Below are positions 39,901-50,600 of a stretch of DNA of 64,000 nt, piece by piece. This DNA is from Candidatus Latescibacterota bacterium (lineage in GTDB: Bacteria; Latescibacterota; UBA2968; GCA-2709665). Position 1 is the stretch's first letter; each line of letters starts with the position of its first letter. The notes below the pieces were generated by a model. The model searched no databases, had not been told where the DNA came from, and saw nothing but the letters and a program-made list of their open reading frames with translations. Both the position numbers and the translations under genes were made by a program. The stretch spans positions 3,296,001-3,360,000 of the forward strand of contig OZ252100.1 in assembly GCA_965248435.1 (NCBI GenBank), given 5' to 3'.

Positions 39901-41045
39901 TCGTCGTGCGCCACCTGATCGTCCTCGGGATCGACACGGGGGCCGGTAACGACACGGTGATCGGCTCCTCCTTTGTTGACCACATCAATACGGGCGCCGA
40001 CGACGATACGGTCACGGGAGGTCCCGGGGTGGATCAGTTCGCCGATTCGGGCGGGGATGACACGCTGGTGGAGTCGCGGGACGTCCACTTCGACCTGAGC
40101 GATATCGAGCTGTCGATCCACACGAAGGCGGACAGCTACGGGATCAACAACACCCAGGTTACGTCGGGGACGCCGATCACGGAGAAAGAGAATATCGCCG
40201 GGCCCGGGTTGAACGGCGCGGGCGGTGGGATCTTCGAGACGATCCGGCTGACGGGCTACGACGATACTCGCGGGCTGGAGGGCGCGCTGAGCGAGAACAC
40301 CTTCACCGTGGACGATTTCACGATGACCGCGTTCCTGAACGGCGGCCCGGCCGACGACTTCTACGACATCATCCTCAGCGGCGGTGCGGCGGCACAGTTC
40401 AGTTCGGTGGTCTACATCTCCGACGACGGCGGCAAGGGGTTGGCCCACCTGCCGCAGGGCGCCGGCCTGGACACGCTGAATGTCGAAGGCACTGCAGTTG
40501 ACGATACGTTCGCGTTCGCGCCGCAACTGGTGGAGCGGTTGACGACGGCCGACGTTTCGCCCGGGGACGCCGGCTTCACGCCGATCACCGATTTCGGCAA
40601 TATCAGCACCGACCCGGTCGTTCGGTCGTTTGCGGCCGGTCCGGACGTGAGTCGGCAGACGGTGATCTACGGTGAGGGTATCGTGGAGGCGTTCGAGGTC
40701 CACGGCGGGTTCGGCGACGACATCTTCATCGTGGACGACAGCAGCACCGAGCTGTTCGTGTTCGGCGACAGCGGCGACGACGCCTTCTTCATCGGCAGTG
40801 TGACCGCCACGACGACGATCACCAATCCCGAGGATCCTCTGGGCCCCGGGATTCTGGTGGTTGACCGGACAAGCGGAGGGAGGCGGTATCACCAACGGCG
40901 TATCGTTCCCTGCGGAGTTCCGCGGAGGCAAGGGCAACGACTATTTCGAGGTGAACCACAACATCGCCGAGATTTCCTTGTACGGAGAGGACGGCGACGA
41001 CGTCTTCTTCCTGAAGGCGCATCTCACGACCGAGCCGGCCGATAA
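36972..41045 (+). CDS. Giant RTX-like calcium-binding repeat protein, fragment 1 (5'-truncated; frame lost at about 40865)
   Basis: GGxGxD nonapeptide repeats (about 38730-39130), Asp/Gly-rich; begins mid-domain at the IS30 junction; last about 55 aa are off-frame. Confidence 0.8.
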   Translation: MGSLNLAQTFVGTFKAEADVDLQATLTVPAITIDDFVFDFPSVSAIFHYDQVFANASTTGAGNSFGGVPVISFEDVEIDLGGFITGFVGPIVGQIGDVIDPLLPLVHVLTDEIPLLKELGASQTSLIDIAGTLLGQTKYAGVVKAVDAILDFVLLVEKVDDFIDASGGGPLVISYGSFTVGGDARSGGQGSLNVAPPAPGTTHDPSGQLDSGPSSTKKDKAKSVVSSFGTTKGSLQFPMLSDPLSAFGLLLGKSVDLFIYDLPVLSLDFQYVKSFPIFPGLNARLGGGVSASTNFSFGFDTSGFNEWKAGWSGPGGSFQASDLGQLGTVFNGFFLDDHGIENTSGDQPEATITASIVAGASVGIGGLIEAGVEGTIKATIDFDLNDVKNPNAFPGSGIPEFDGKIRAEELIARANQGIECIFDTHGALTFALDAFFWVGADLGFLGKITIFEARKNFFSATLAEFDHACPDLDIPKLAHMNGSDLVLDMDGVVGQSGFSALEDDDGNRIGESYKVGVLQLPTDVVVDADGQITDGGTLDGPMEDFVTVGARGFLNFFRASGVDSVSTTATAYADEIQVASNVQANLNLHGGSGDDHIMIDSDGTHSVAIFGDDDDDILIGGAFADTIEGGAGKDKIYGLGGNDILRGDAGLDIIVGGQGNDELHGGSGDDRLAGEEGADKLFGDAGADTLTGGKGVDEGRGGTGGDTFVWTFGDGADSVWIGGNSTATNPDDQIESQEPDTARLIGIVLDENMQTVPVDDTVGLSANSVDVDVSWGRPGTSTNVYTLQGFERVTLDLADGADAVTIGNLDGTTVGNVDVDFGETQREETAVVDMVIRDASGNFVDFIYDPRDLDANGDPKTVHEVLDANGDPVLDVNGDPTFETRAARILTEVIKTTLKGTDGQADTLLLLGSSGVDTFELTAADANALGIDQFVDRPGGATGDRVLSIQLENSESGFDRLDIQTLGDGDRVDASDVVVRHLIVLGIDTGAGNDTVIGSSFVDHINTGADDDTVTGGPGVDQFADSGGDDTLVESRDVHFDLSDIELSIHTKADSYGINNTQVTSGTPITEKENIAGPGLNGAGGGIFETIRLTGYDDTRGLEGALSENTFTVDDFTMTAFLNGGPADDFYDIILSGGAAAQFSSVVYISDDGGKGLAHLPQGAGLDTLNVEGTAVDDTFAFAPQLVERLTTADVSPGDAGFTPITDFGNISTDPVVRSFAAGPDVSRQTVIYGEGIVEAFEVHGGFGDDIFIVDDSSTELFVFGDSGDDAFFIGSVTATTTITNPEDPLGPGILVVDRTSGGRRYHQRRIVPCGVPRRQGQRLFRGEPQHRRDFLVRRGRRRRLLPEGASHDRAGR

Positions 41046-44000
41046 CGATGATTTGCAGCCGCAGGAAGACATCGATGTCTTCAGCGAAGAGGGCGAGCGC
41101 GACGTCCTGGCCTACGTGAACAACGCGCCCGTGAACATTCACGGCGGGGCCGGCTTCGACACGCTGGTGATCGTGGGGACGTCGATAAGCGATACATTCA
41201 CCATCTTCGTCGAAGAGGTGAACGGCATCGAGGTCCAGCGCATCTTCGGCGCGGGTCTGACGGTCCCCAACATTACCGGCATCGAGCGGCTGCTGATCGT
41301 GGCGGGCGGCGGCGACGACATTATTAATGTATATGGCACGCTTGCAGACCAGGAGATCTCCGTTAACACGGGTGGCGGCAACGACACGGTCTTCCTGGGC
41401 GGCAACGAGATCAACTTCGACATCACGATCCCCGAGTCGAAGTATACGAAGGTCGAGACGGTCGAACGTCCCAACATCGTGATTCCGAACCCTCCGATCA
41501 TCATCCCCGGATTTCCCTATTACTCCACTCATTATTACTTCAGCTTCAACTTCTTCGGCAGACGGTCCTGGTCCTACAGGATCTGGCATTGGGCGCCGGC
41601 CATCGTTATCCCGATACCGGATACGATTATCCCGCAGGAACCTCTGGAGATCCCGCGGGTCGTCACGGTTCCCGAGTTCACTCTGCCGGTCTTTGTTCCA
41701 GAAACGCGCCAGCTCGTGGGTCTGCAGGGCCCGGTTTTTGTCGACGGCCAGGACACGGGGCCGATCCTTAATCCTGACGGTACTGTACTTCTCAGTGCGG
41801 GCGATGACACCCTCGTTGTGGACAACCGCTACGGCACACCACAGGCCCCGGGCTCCCTCGTGAAGATCGAGGTGGAGGTCGCCAAGATCAATCAGGTGGA
41901 TCCAGTAGATCTGGCCGAGGAGCTGGAAGCGGAGCTTGGCTTTGCGCCGACGCAGGCCCAGATCGACACCCGGGAGACGCAGCGGATCGCCGACGTGGCG
42001 AGCGCCAAGGCCATCCTGGCCGTGACCGCGCCCGCGGGCGTGGACGAAGAGACGGTCTACGGGCAGGTGGTGGACCATCTGCAGGACCAGAACCGGGTGC
42101 GCCAGCCGGGTATCCTGGACGCGATGGTGGCGGCCCCTGCCGGAACGACTGCAGTCACCCTGACCGACAGCGCGAAGATCGCCGACCATACTACGACCAA
42201 CGCCTTCGTCAGCGATCTGAGCGCTGAGTTCAGCACCAACGTGTCGCAGGGGAAGTGGGTCGACGCGTCCGACGAAGCCAACCCTCAGGATATCTTTTTC
42301 AACATCACGGCTTCATACATCAACACCTATCACCTGTTGTTCCCGAATGGCGTGTTCTCCTTCACCGCCGGCGGCCGCAACCTGGAAGCCGAGGTGATAT
42401 CGGATCTCGGCGGGAATATCATCCAGATCAACGTCTACACCGTCGACAAAGTCACGTTCGATCTGGGCAACGATTTCGTGAAGTCGAAGTTCGTGGACGA
42501 CGAATCCACTCGGACCTACGACACGATTTCGGGCTTCGGTTCAACGTTCGGAGTGTTTTACCAGAACTTCACGGCGGTGGACGTCCAGCTCTCCAGCCAG
42601 GTAGACGTACTGGAAGTGATCGACACGGCCGGGACAGATCAGAAGCCGACAGTAACCCGCATCTTCGCCGGCGGCGGCGGCGACACAGTGAACGTCCGTG
42701 CGGCCGGCGGCACGACGAACATTTTCGGGGACGTGAGCCCGACCTACAACGAGGACTTCCGGGTACACGCCGGGTCGACGACCCCCGCTCACCTGAAGAG
42801 CGCGCAGAATGCCGTCACGCTGGGCAACTTGCTCGGCCTGGGCGCCACCTTCGATCACGAGAACTCCACGCACGTGCGTGCGGTTGCGCAGCAGCTCCTC
42901 AACCGCGGCGTTTCGCTCGTGGATCTGGACGGCAGCGCGATTACGCTTACCAGCGACATCACCGACGTGGTCAATTTCGACTCGGACGCCTACCACGCAC
43001 AGATCTGGATCCTGTTGAAGGCCCACCTGAACGATCTGCAGGGAAACACCGGAAGCTACAAGGACTTCCTGGATGACCTCGGACCCTTCGGGTCGGAGTT
43101 CTCCACGAACCTGGCCACGCTGGTGTCCGGGTTCAACGCCACGGACGTCAGCAACCTGGACGTCGGGGACCTGAAGGCGCTGGCCACGGCGGTGAACAAC
43201 AAGGGCTACACGACGACGGTGTCGATCAAGACGGCGTCGACGGTGGGCCAGTTGAACAACTCGCTGGACGCATTCGCCGACGAGGTCTGGGATACGCTGA
43301 AAGACCTGACAACCAACGCCTCGCCGTTCGTCGCGACCACGGGCGACTGGCGGAGCCATCTGGCTTCCGTGGGAAGTGCTCTGGGCATCAGCGGGTCGTT
43401 CAATACATCGAGCCTGAGCCATCTGCAGACCCTGGCGAAGGAGGTCAACTCCCGTCAGTTCCAGGCGACCGTATCGATCGACACGTCCGATGAGTCGACG
43501 ACGTCGGCGACCTTCGACCGGTTGGATACCGACCTGGAGTTCACGTTCCAGACCTTCGTCTGGAGGTTGCTGAAGGAGAACCTGATCCACACCGGCGGAT
43601 CAGCCTACAACCCACTGGCTGATGTGGAGCAGGTTCCCAACGAATATCGTAACTACCTCCTCCAGCTGAACGCGGCACTCGGGCAGAGCGGGACGTTCAA
43701 TCCGAACAGCGTGATCCACCTGAAGACGCTGGGAACCGCGCTGAACAACGAGTTCCCCGCTCTGCAGATCGACGTTGCCGGCATCCAGCTGGTGCCGAGC
43801 CTGGACGTGAACGCCTATCGGGCAGAGGTTTGGGATTATCTGACTGCGAATGGCGTAGCGACGCCCACGGGCAACGACACGTTCAACATTCACAGCACCG
43901 CCAACCGGGTAGACGGCATCCAGGCAAACCTGACGCTGGACGGCCAGACGTCATCGGGCGACCTCGTGTTCGTGTCTCACACAGGAGACGGGAGCGATAA

Positions 44001-47000
44001 CGCCGCGACACTCACCGACGCGACGCTGACCGGCCTCGGGATGACGGGTGCCATACACTATAATAATGTAGAGATCCTGCAGATCGACCTGGGCAGCGGC
44101 GCGAACGAGGTGAACGTACAGAGCACTTCCGCGATTACAACCACGACGCTGAACACGAACGGCGGGGCCGACACGATCAACGTGGGGAGTCTGGCCCCCA
44201 CGGCGGGCGGCGTGGCCGACTTCATCAGCGGACGGCTGACGATCAACGCGGGCGGGGCGTCAGATACGCTGAACGTCTACGACTCCGGCGATGCGGGCGG
44301 CAACCACGGAAAGCTGACGTCGAGCCGGATCACCGGGCTGGGGATGGGTGTGCCCGAGGGCAATGGCTCAGGCCTTGACGACGGCACCCGCGGTATTACT
44401 TACAACTCCGTTCAGGATCTGAACCTGTTCTTGGGCTCGGGTGGGGATACGTTCACGATCGCGTCGACCCACGGCAGCCCGACGTTTCTGAGCACCGGCG
44501 GTGGAGCCGATGTCGTCAACGTTCAGACGATCGCTCAGTCGACGACGGTGGAGACGGATGGAGGTACCGACACCATCAACGTCGGCAGCGTTGCTCCCAC
44601 CAACGGCGGTACGGTCAACGGCGTCACCGGTCTGCTGACGCTCACCGGCGGCGGCCAGGTCGATACCATTAATGTGTACGACTCCGGCGAGGGGGCACCG
44701 AACACGGATGGTGTGCTGACGAATACGAACCTGACCGGCCTGGGCATGAGCCTGGGGATCGCCTACACCTCTGAGAACCTCAACATCCACCTCGGTTCGG
44801 GTGCAGACATCTTCACCATCAACAGCACCCACGCCGGGAGTACGACGCTGGCTGCCAATGGCGGGGCTGACCGCATCGACATCTTCGGATCCTCGGGGAC
44901 CGTTTCGGTGAGCGGCGGCGCCGCCGGCGATACGTTCAACGTCTACAATACGGCGGCGTCGACGCTGCTCCTGGAAGGTAATGCCGCCGGCGACACGTTC
45001 AACGTTCAGGCAATGGCGGGGATCGTGACGCTGCGTGGCGGGGCTGGTTCGGACCATACGAACGTCGGCAGCAACGCTCCTGGGGTAGTCGGCAACGTCG
45101 ACGCGATTGCGGGTCTGTTGGTTGTGGAAGGCGGCGGTGCCACGGACGATCTGAACGTGGATGACACCGGCGACGGCGACGGCGTTCTGGGACAACTTTC
45201 GTCGACGCGTCTCACCGGGCTGGGCATGGGCGGCGGGGACGCCGATGCGGCGCTTCTGAACGACGCCGCACACGGCATCACCTATTCAGCACTGGAGGCG
45301 GTCTCCATCGGACTGGGTTCGGGCGCCGACGTCTTCACGGTTCTCAGTACGCACGCTGGTAGTACCAATCTGGCTACAGGAGCCAATGTCGACGAGATCA
45401 ACGTGGAGACGATTTCGGGCCTGACGACGATCGACGGCCAGGGGGAAGCCGACACCGTGAACGTCGGCCGGACCTTTGGCGGCGGCGAGACGGTGAACGG
45501 CATCCAGGCGGCACTGATCCTGGGAGGCGGTGGTGGGGGTGCGAGCGACACGCTGAACGTGAGCGAGGCTGGAGAAGCGGCCGTCGCCACAGCTTCGGGC
45601 GAACTGACGGCGACAACCCTGACCGGCCTGGGCATGGCGGCCGCCGGCATCACCTACGGCACGTTCGAAGACCTGAACATCACGCTGGGTGAGGGCGGCG
45701 ACGACTTCACCGTGAGCAGCACCCACTCCGGCACAACGCAGCTCCAGACCGCAGGTGGATTCGATGACATCCGGGTCAAGACGATCGACGGGGCGACGAC
45801 GATCCTGGCCGGCGCCGGCGCAGACGACGTGATCGTTGCGAATAACACCGACCTGGTAGACGACATCGGCGGGCTCCTCGAGATCCAGGGCGAGGGCGGC
45901 GCCGATACGCTCAGGGTCGACGACAGCGGCGATAACGCCGGGACCGCGAAGCTGACGTTGTTCGGCCACGGCAGCGGGAACACAGGCACGCTGACGCCGA
46001 CGCAGATCACCGGCCTCGACATGGGCGGCAGTATCACCTACGGATCGGTCGAGTTCCTGGACATCCTGCTGGGCACCGGGGACGATCATTTCACGATCGT
46101 AGACACGCACGCCGAGACGACGACGCTCGACGCCGGTGCGGGCGATGACATTATCGACGCGCTCGACAACAGCGGGATGACGACGATCCTGGGCAACGCG
46201 GACGGTGATGTGGTCAACGTCGACACGCTGTCCACACTGGTCTCGAGCGACGAAAACGGCGACCGCAACACCCTGAGCATCGACGGTGAAACCGGCAACG
46301 ACACGATCCACATCCAGCTCACCGGACAGGGTGACTACGTGATCAACGCCACCGACTCCGGAGGAGACTTAGGTGACACGATCACGGTGGAGGGCACCGC
46401 GGCCGCCGATAAGATGCTGCTGCGGAAGAACTTCCTGGCCCTGCTGAACTCGTCCGACGAAGACGCCAACACCATCGCCGACGTGGAGCGGATCAATTAC
46501 GACGGCACGTTCGACGGCATCAGCCACACCGAGCAGGAGGTCATCGGTTTCCAGTTTGTCGTGCGGACAGTCACCATCCGGACCTTCTTCGGTTCCTTCA
46601 CTATTCCGTATGTTGACAGGGTGCCGGTGTTCGCAGACGTCGAAGTGATCGACGGCTACGGTCTGACCATCCTCGGAAACGCCGGCGAGGATTCTTTCTA
46701 TCTAGACGACAACGCGACCTCGACGCAGATCAAGGGTGGGGCCGATAAGGACACCTTCCAGATCGGCCAGATCTTCAACTCGGACCGCACTGTGAGCGAC
46801 GGCACGGGGAATCCCAGCACCGATTCAGGGATTGCCCCGGGTGACGAGATCTTCACGGTCCTGACGACCCGCGGCTACCTCAGCCGCGGAAACAGCTTCC
46901 GCACGGCGATCGAAGGGAACGCCGGGAACGACGAGTTTGTCGTTTACCACAACAAGAGTATCCTCGACCTGGACGGCAACGCCGGCGACGACCGATTCAC

Positions 47001-47547
47001 GGTCCGTGCATTCGCCCTGGTGAACGAGAATGAAGCGGCCCAGGCCATCACGAACCTGAGGGCGGGCGCCGGCCTGGACTACGTCGAATACACCGAGAAC
47101 GCGCTCGTCAACATCGACGGCGGCGACGGCAACGATACGCTCGTCATCATCGGTACCGAATTCGGTGACGCCTATGTGGTCCAGGCTGACCGGATCGTGG
47201 GAGCCGGCACGAACGTTTCTTACGAAGACATCGAAATCATTACCGTCGACGGCGCCGAGGGGAACGATTTCTTCTATATCGACAGTCTGAACGCGGGCGT
47301 CACAGCCACGGTCTTCGGCGGTTTGGGGAGCGACACGTTCGTTATCGGCGGTGAGGCCATCGACGTCGACACGGGCGAAGAAGATGTGAACCTGGGATTT
47401 GCCGCAGACCTGGCCAGGATTCAGGGTACGCTCAACCTCGTGGCGGGAACCACCGGGTCTTCCGTGGCCATCGTCGAGGCCGTGATGCTGCCAACGGAGA
47501 GCCAGGCGGCGACCCCTCCACCGAATCCGAACCCGAACTTCAGTTGA
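40861..47547 (+). CDS. Giant RTX-like repeat protein, fragment 2
   Basis: Continues fragment 1 in the +1 frame; repeated LTGLGM...ITY...LGSGAD.F.V.STH beta-solenoid-like units. Confidence 0.8.
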   Translation: MTGQAEGGGITNGVSFPAEFRGGKGNDYFEVNHNIAEISLYGEDGDDVFFLKAHLTTEPADNDDLQPQEDIDVFSEEGERDVLAYVNNAPVNIHGGAGFDTLVIVGTSISDTFTIFVEEVNGIEVQRIFGAGLTVPNITGIERLLIVAGGGDDIINVYGTLADQEISVNTGGGNDTVFLGGNEINFDITIPESKYTKVETVERPNIVIPNPPIIIPGFPYYSTHYYFSFNFFGRRSWSYRIWHWAPAIVIPIPDTIIPQEPLEIPRVVTVPEFTLPVFVPETRQLVGLQGPVFVDGQDTGPILNPDGTVLLSAGDDTLVVDNRYGTPQAPGSLVKIEVEVAKINQVDPVDLAEELEAELGFAPTQAQIDTRETQRIADVASAKAILAVTAPAGVDEETVYGQVVDHLQDQNRVRQPGILDAMVAAPAGTTAVTLTDSAKIADHTTTNAFVSDLSAEFSTNVSQGKWVDASDEANPQDIFFNITASYINTYHLLFPNGVFSFTAGGRNLEAEVISDLGGNIIQINVYTVDKVTFDLGNDFVKSKFVDDESTRTYDTISGFGSTFGVFYQNFTAVDVQLSSQVDVLEVIDTAGTDQKPTVTRIFAGGGGDTVNVRAAGGTTNIFGDVSPTYNEDFRVHAGSTTPAHLKSAQNAVTLGNLLGLGATFDHENSTHVRAVAQQLLNRGVSLVDLDGSAITLTSDITDVVNFDSDAYHAQIWILLKAHLNDLQGNTGSYKDFLDDLGPFGSEFSTNLATLVSGFNATDVSNLDVGDLKALATAVNNKGYTTTVSIKTASTVGQLNNSLDAFADEVWDTLKDLTTNASPFVATTGDWRSHLASVGSALGISGSFNTSSLSHLQTLAKEVNSRQFQATVSIDTSDESTTSATFDRLDTDLEFTFQTFVWRLLKENLIHTGGSAYNPLADVEQVPNEYRNYLLQLNAALGQSGTFNPNSVIHLKTLGTALNNEFPALQIDVAGIQLVPSLDVNAYRAEVWDYLTANGVATPTGNDTFNIHSTANRVDGIQANLTLDGQTSSGDLVFVSHTGDGSDNAATLTDATLTGLGMTGAIHYNNVEILQIDLGSGANEVNVQSTSAITTTTLNTNGGADTINVGSLAPTAGGVADFISGRLTINAGGASDTLNVYDSGDAGGNHGKLTSSRITGLGMGVPEGNGSGLDDGTRGITYNSVQDLNLFLGSGGDTFTIASTHGSPTFLSTGGGADVVNVQTIAQSTTVETDGGTDTINVGSVAPTNGGTVNGVTGLLTLTGGGQVDTINVYDSGEGAPNTDGVLTNTNLTGLGMSLGIAYTSENLNIHLGSGADIFTINSTHAGSTTLAANGGADRIDIFGSSGTVSVSGGAAGDTFNVYNTAASTLLLEGNAAGDTFNVQAMAGIVTLRGGAGSDHTNVGSNAPGVVGNVDAIAGLLVVEGGGATDDLNVDDTGDGDGVLGQLSSTRLTGLGMGGGDADAALLNDAAHGITYSALEAVSIGLGSGADVFTVLSTHAGSTNLATGANVDEINVETISGLTTIDGQGEADTVNVGRTFGGGETVNGIQAALILGGGGGGASDTLNVSEAGEAAVATASGELTATTLTGLGMAAAGITYGTFEDLNITLGEGGDDFTVSSTHSGTTQLQTAGGFDDIRVKTIDGATTILAGAGADDVIVANNTDLVDDIGGLLEIQGEGGADTLRVDDSGDNAGTAKLTLFGHGSGNTGTLTPTQITGLDMGGSITYGSVEFLDILLGTGDDHFTIVDTHAETTTLDAGAGDDIIDALDNSGMTTILGNADGDVVNVDTLSTLVSSDENGDRNTLSIDGETGNDTIHIQLTGQGDYVINATDSGGDLGDTITVEGTAAADKMLLRKNFLALLNSSDEDANTIADVERINYDGTFDGISHTEQEVIGFQFVVRTVTIRTFFGSFTIPYVDRVPVFADVEVIDGYGLTILGNAGEDSFYLDDNATSTQIKGGADKDTFQIGQIFNSDRTVSDGTGNPSTDSGIAPGDEIFTVLTTRGYLSRGNSFRTAIEGNAGNDEFVVYHNKSILDLDGNAGDDRFTVRAFALVNENEAAQAITNLRAGAGLDYVEYTENALVNIDGGDGNDTLVIIGTEFGDAYVVQADRIVGAGTNVSYEDIEIITVDGAEGNDFFYIDSLNAGVTATVFGGLGSDTFVIGGEAIDVDTGEEDVNLGFAADLARIQGTLNLVAGTTGSSVAIVEAVMLPTESQAATPPPNPNPNFS

Positions 47548-47647
47548 TGAGGACGATCAGGTCGACCTTCTCACCATCGCCAACGACGGCAGCAGCCGCG
47601 ACGACGATGACGGGCTGCTGACGGCTCACCGGCTCACCGGACTGGGG

Positions 47648-50600
47648 ATGGGCGCGGGGTATATCGACTACATCGAGTTCGAGCATTTCAACATGACGAT
47701 GGGATCGGGCAGCGAAACGCTGACGATCGAGTCGACGCACGCGGGGGCGACGAATATCGACGCTGCCGATGGCGGCGACACGTTCAACGTCGAGACGATC
47801 AGTGGACACACGACGCTGGAGTTGGGCACCGGCGCCGATGAGGTAAACGTGTCGAACGACGCGGGGACGGTGGATTCGATCGGGGCCCTGCTGACGGTGT
47901 CTGGAGACGCCGGCGGTGACACGATCAACATCCTGGACGGCGGCGAGGCCGGTGACAACCTCGGTACGCTGACGGAGTCGACGTTGATCGGACTGGACAT
48001 GACGGCAGAAGCCGACGTCAACCACGTCCAGACGATCACGGTGGATCCTCTGGGAGGCGACTTTACGGTTCAGATGATCGACCAGACCACGGGGCAGGCC
48101 TTCGTCCAGCTGGAAGACGTGGATGACGAACTGGTTCCGGTTCTGGATGCCAACGGAAACCCGATAGACTCCGTGACGCTCGCAGCGGATGCGACCGAAG
48201 AGGAGATCCGTATCGCCCTGCAGGAGTTCCTGGGCGGGTTCCTGACGGTCGTGTTCAACGGCGTGCCGCTTTCCGCGTTCACCGAAAACGTGAACGTGAG
48301 GCGATTCGGGGACGTGATCGTCGTGCGGCTGGAAGGCGCCTTCCGGGGTGCCGAAGGCCAGAACGTCCGGTTCGTGTCTGCGGACACTCACGTTCAGATC
48401 GCGACGCGCAACGAGGGCATCAATTACTACGGTATTGAAACACTGAATCTGGATCTGGGATCGGGCGACGATCGCCTGAACATTCAGGGAACGTCAGCAG
48501 TCACAAACGTGGACGCCGGCGCGGGCGACGACCTGATCTACGTGTCGTCCGGCGCCAACTTGGGGCTGCTGGGTACGTACGCAGCGGCCGACGGCAGTCT
48601 GGAAAACCTGCACGACGCCGTCCTGCACGGCGACCGGCTCGATCCGGTTTCCGGCGACCTGTTCCAGGCGGGCGGAACGCTCGACTTCGTATCGGGCGAC
48701 CTGAATATCGATGCCGGCGCGGGGGAGAACACGCTGAGCCTCAGCGACCGGCACGACCCGGATGCGGACACGGCCGTTACGGTTACAGACTCGTCTATCA
48801 CCGGACTGGCGGACGGCGACATCACTTACGGAGCGACAACCGGATCGTTCTCCGGTCAGGGCACCTGGGCGCAGTCAGGCGACTGGGGACTGTTCGGGAT
48901 CGGGATCTCCGTCTACGCCGGTTCAGGAAACAACACGATCGACATCACGAGCGTTTCCGATTCGGGGATCGTGAATGCGCCGTTCAGCCGGACGGTTACA
49001 CAGGTGTTTGCCGGCGGTGGTTCCGACACGGTGAACGTCGCCGTGACCGAATCGCTTGGCCGGTACCTTGTGGTCCAGGGCGAGGCGGGGAATGACACGA
49101 TCGACGCAAGCCTGTCGACGGTGCCGGTCGTGCTGTTCGGTAACGAAGGTGGCGACACGCTCACAGGCGGACCGATGAGCGATCTGCTCTTCGGTGACAG
49201 CGGTCGGATCACGTTTATCCGGCCGACCAGCGCGGGCCCAGGGCTCGACGTCGTGTTGGGCGCGCCTGCAGACGCCAGCGATCTGGCGGGACTGAGCTTC
49301 GACGACGATTCTTCCACCGCCGACCTGTTCGTGAGCGTACTGGGCGATTCGGACAACGTCGACAGGATCATCGCTGCCGGCGGAAACGACGTGGTCGTGG
49401 GCGGAGGGAACGATGGGGCTGACATCAACGACCTGCTGGACGTGGAGGAGATCGACGCCGGCGAGGGCGATAACACCGTCCTGGGCGACAGCGGTCTGAT
49501 TCACCTGGTCAACGCACTTCTGACGGAAATCCGCAGCTTCGACGCAGCCGACGGCGGCCGTGACGATATAACGGCCGGCAGTGGGTTCGACGTGGTGATC
49601 GGCGGCGCCGGCGCAGACAAGCTCACCGCTGGCGAGGGCAGCAACATCATCGTTGGCGACAGCGGTCGAGCTGTCTTGACTGCCAATCAGCTGGAGTTGG
49701 TCGAGAGCATCGAGCCTGCGGTCGGCGGAAGTGATACGATTACCACAGGTACTGGATCAGACTATATCATCGGCGGCGCGGACGGCGATGTCATCACGAC
49801 GAACGACGGTCTCAAGGTGATTGTGGGCGACGGCGGGCGCGTGGTGCTGGACGGCACGGACATCGCCCTCGTCGAGACGATCTCTCCGGGCGTGGGCGGC
49901 GTCGACACGATTACGACGATGGGCACGACCGCCCGGAACATCGCGATCGGTGGTGCGTTGGGCGATTTGATCACGTTGAGCAACGGTGACAACACGGTCG
50001 TGGGTGACGACGGACGGGCCGTGTTCCAGGGCGGGATCCTGACGCTCGTAGAGAGCATCGTCACTGTGGACGCGAACGGTCTGGTCCAGACCGGCGGTGT
50101 CGACACGATTACGGGCGGCGCAGGCCCGGACAACATCATCGGCGGTCAGGCCGGAGACATCATCCAGGCCGGCAACGGTCGGAACATCGTGATGGGCGAC
50201 AGCGGCCGGTTCCTGTATGAGCTCGACGGCGACCTGTCGCTGGCCGAGACCGACTTTTCCAGCGACGGCGGCATCGATGACATCGATTCGGGCAGCGGAA
50301 ACGATGTGCTGCTCGGCGGCGCGGCCGGGGACCTCCTGGATGCCGCAGGCGGTGACAACGTGGTGTTGGGCGACAGCGGCCGGATCACCTTCCTGGACGG
50401 GATCGTGGACGATGTGGCGAGCGTCGACGAAGGTGTCGGCGGCGTGGATTACATCGATACGAGCGGTACGGGGCGCGATGTGATCGTGGGTGGGGCGGCC
50501 GGTGACTTCATTAACACGGGCGACGGGCAGAAGGTGGTGCTGGGCGACAGCGGCGTGATCGATCTGGTTCCGACGGTGGTGAACGGCGAGCAGGCGATCG

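Noticed and set aside
40880-41045. Basic C-terminal tail of ORF 36972-41045 as a real domain
   Set aside because: Off-frame read-through after the frame break; the +1 frame carries the repeat pattern.
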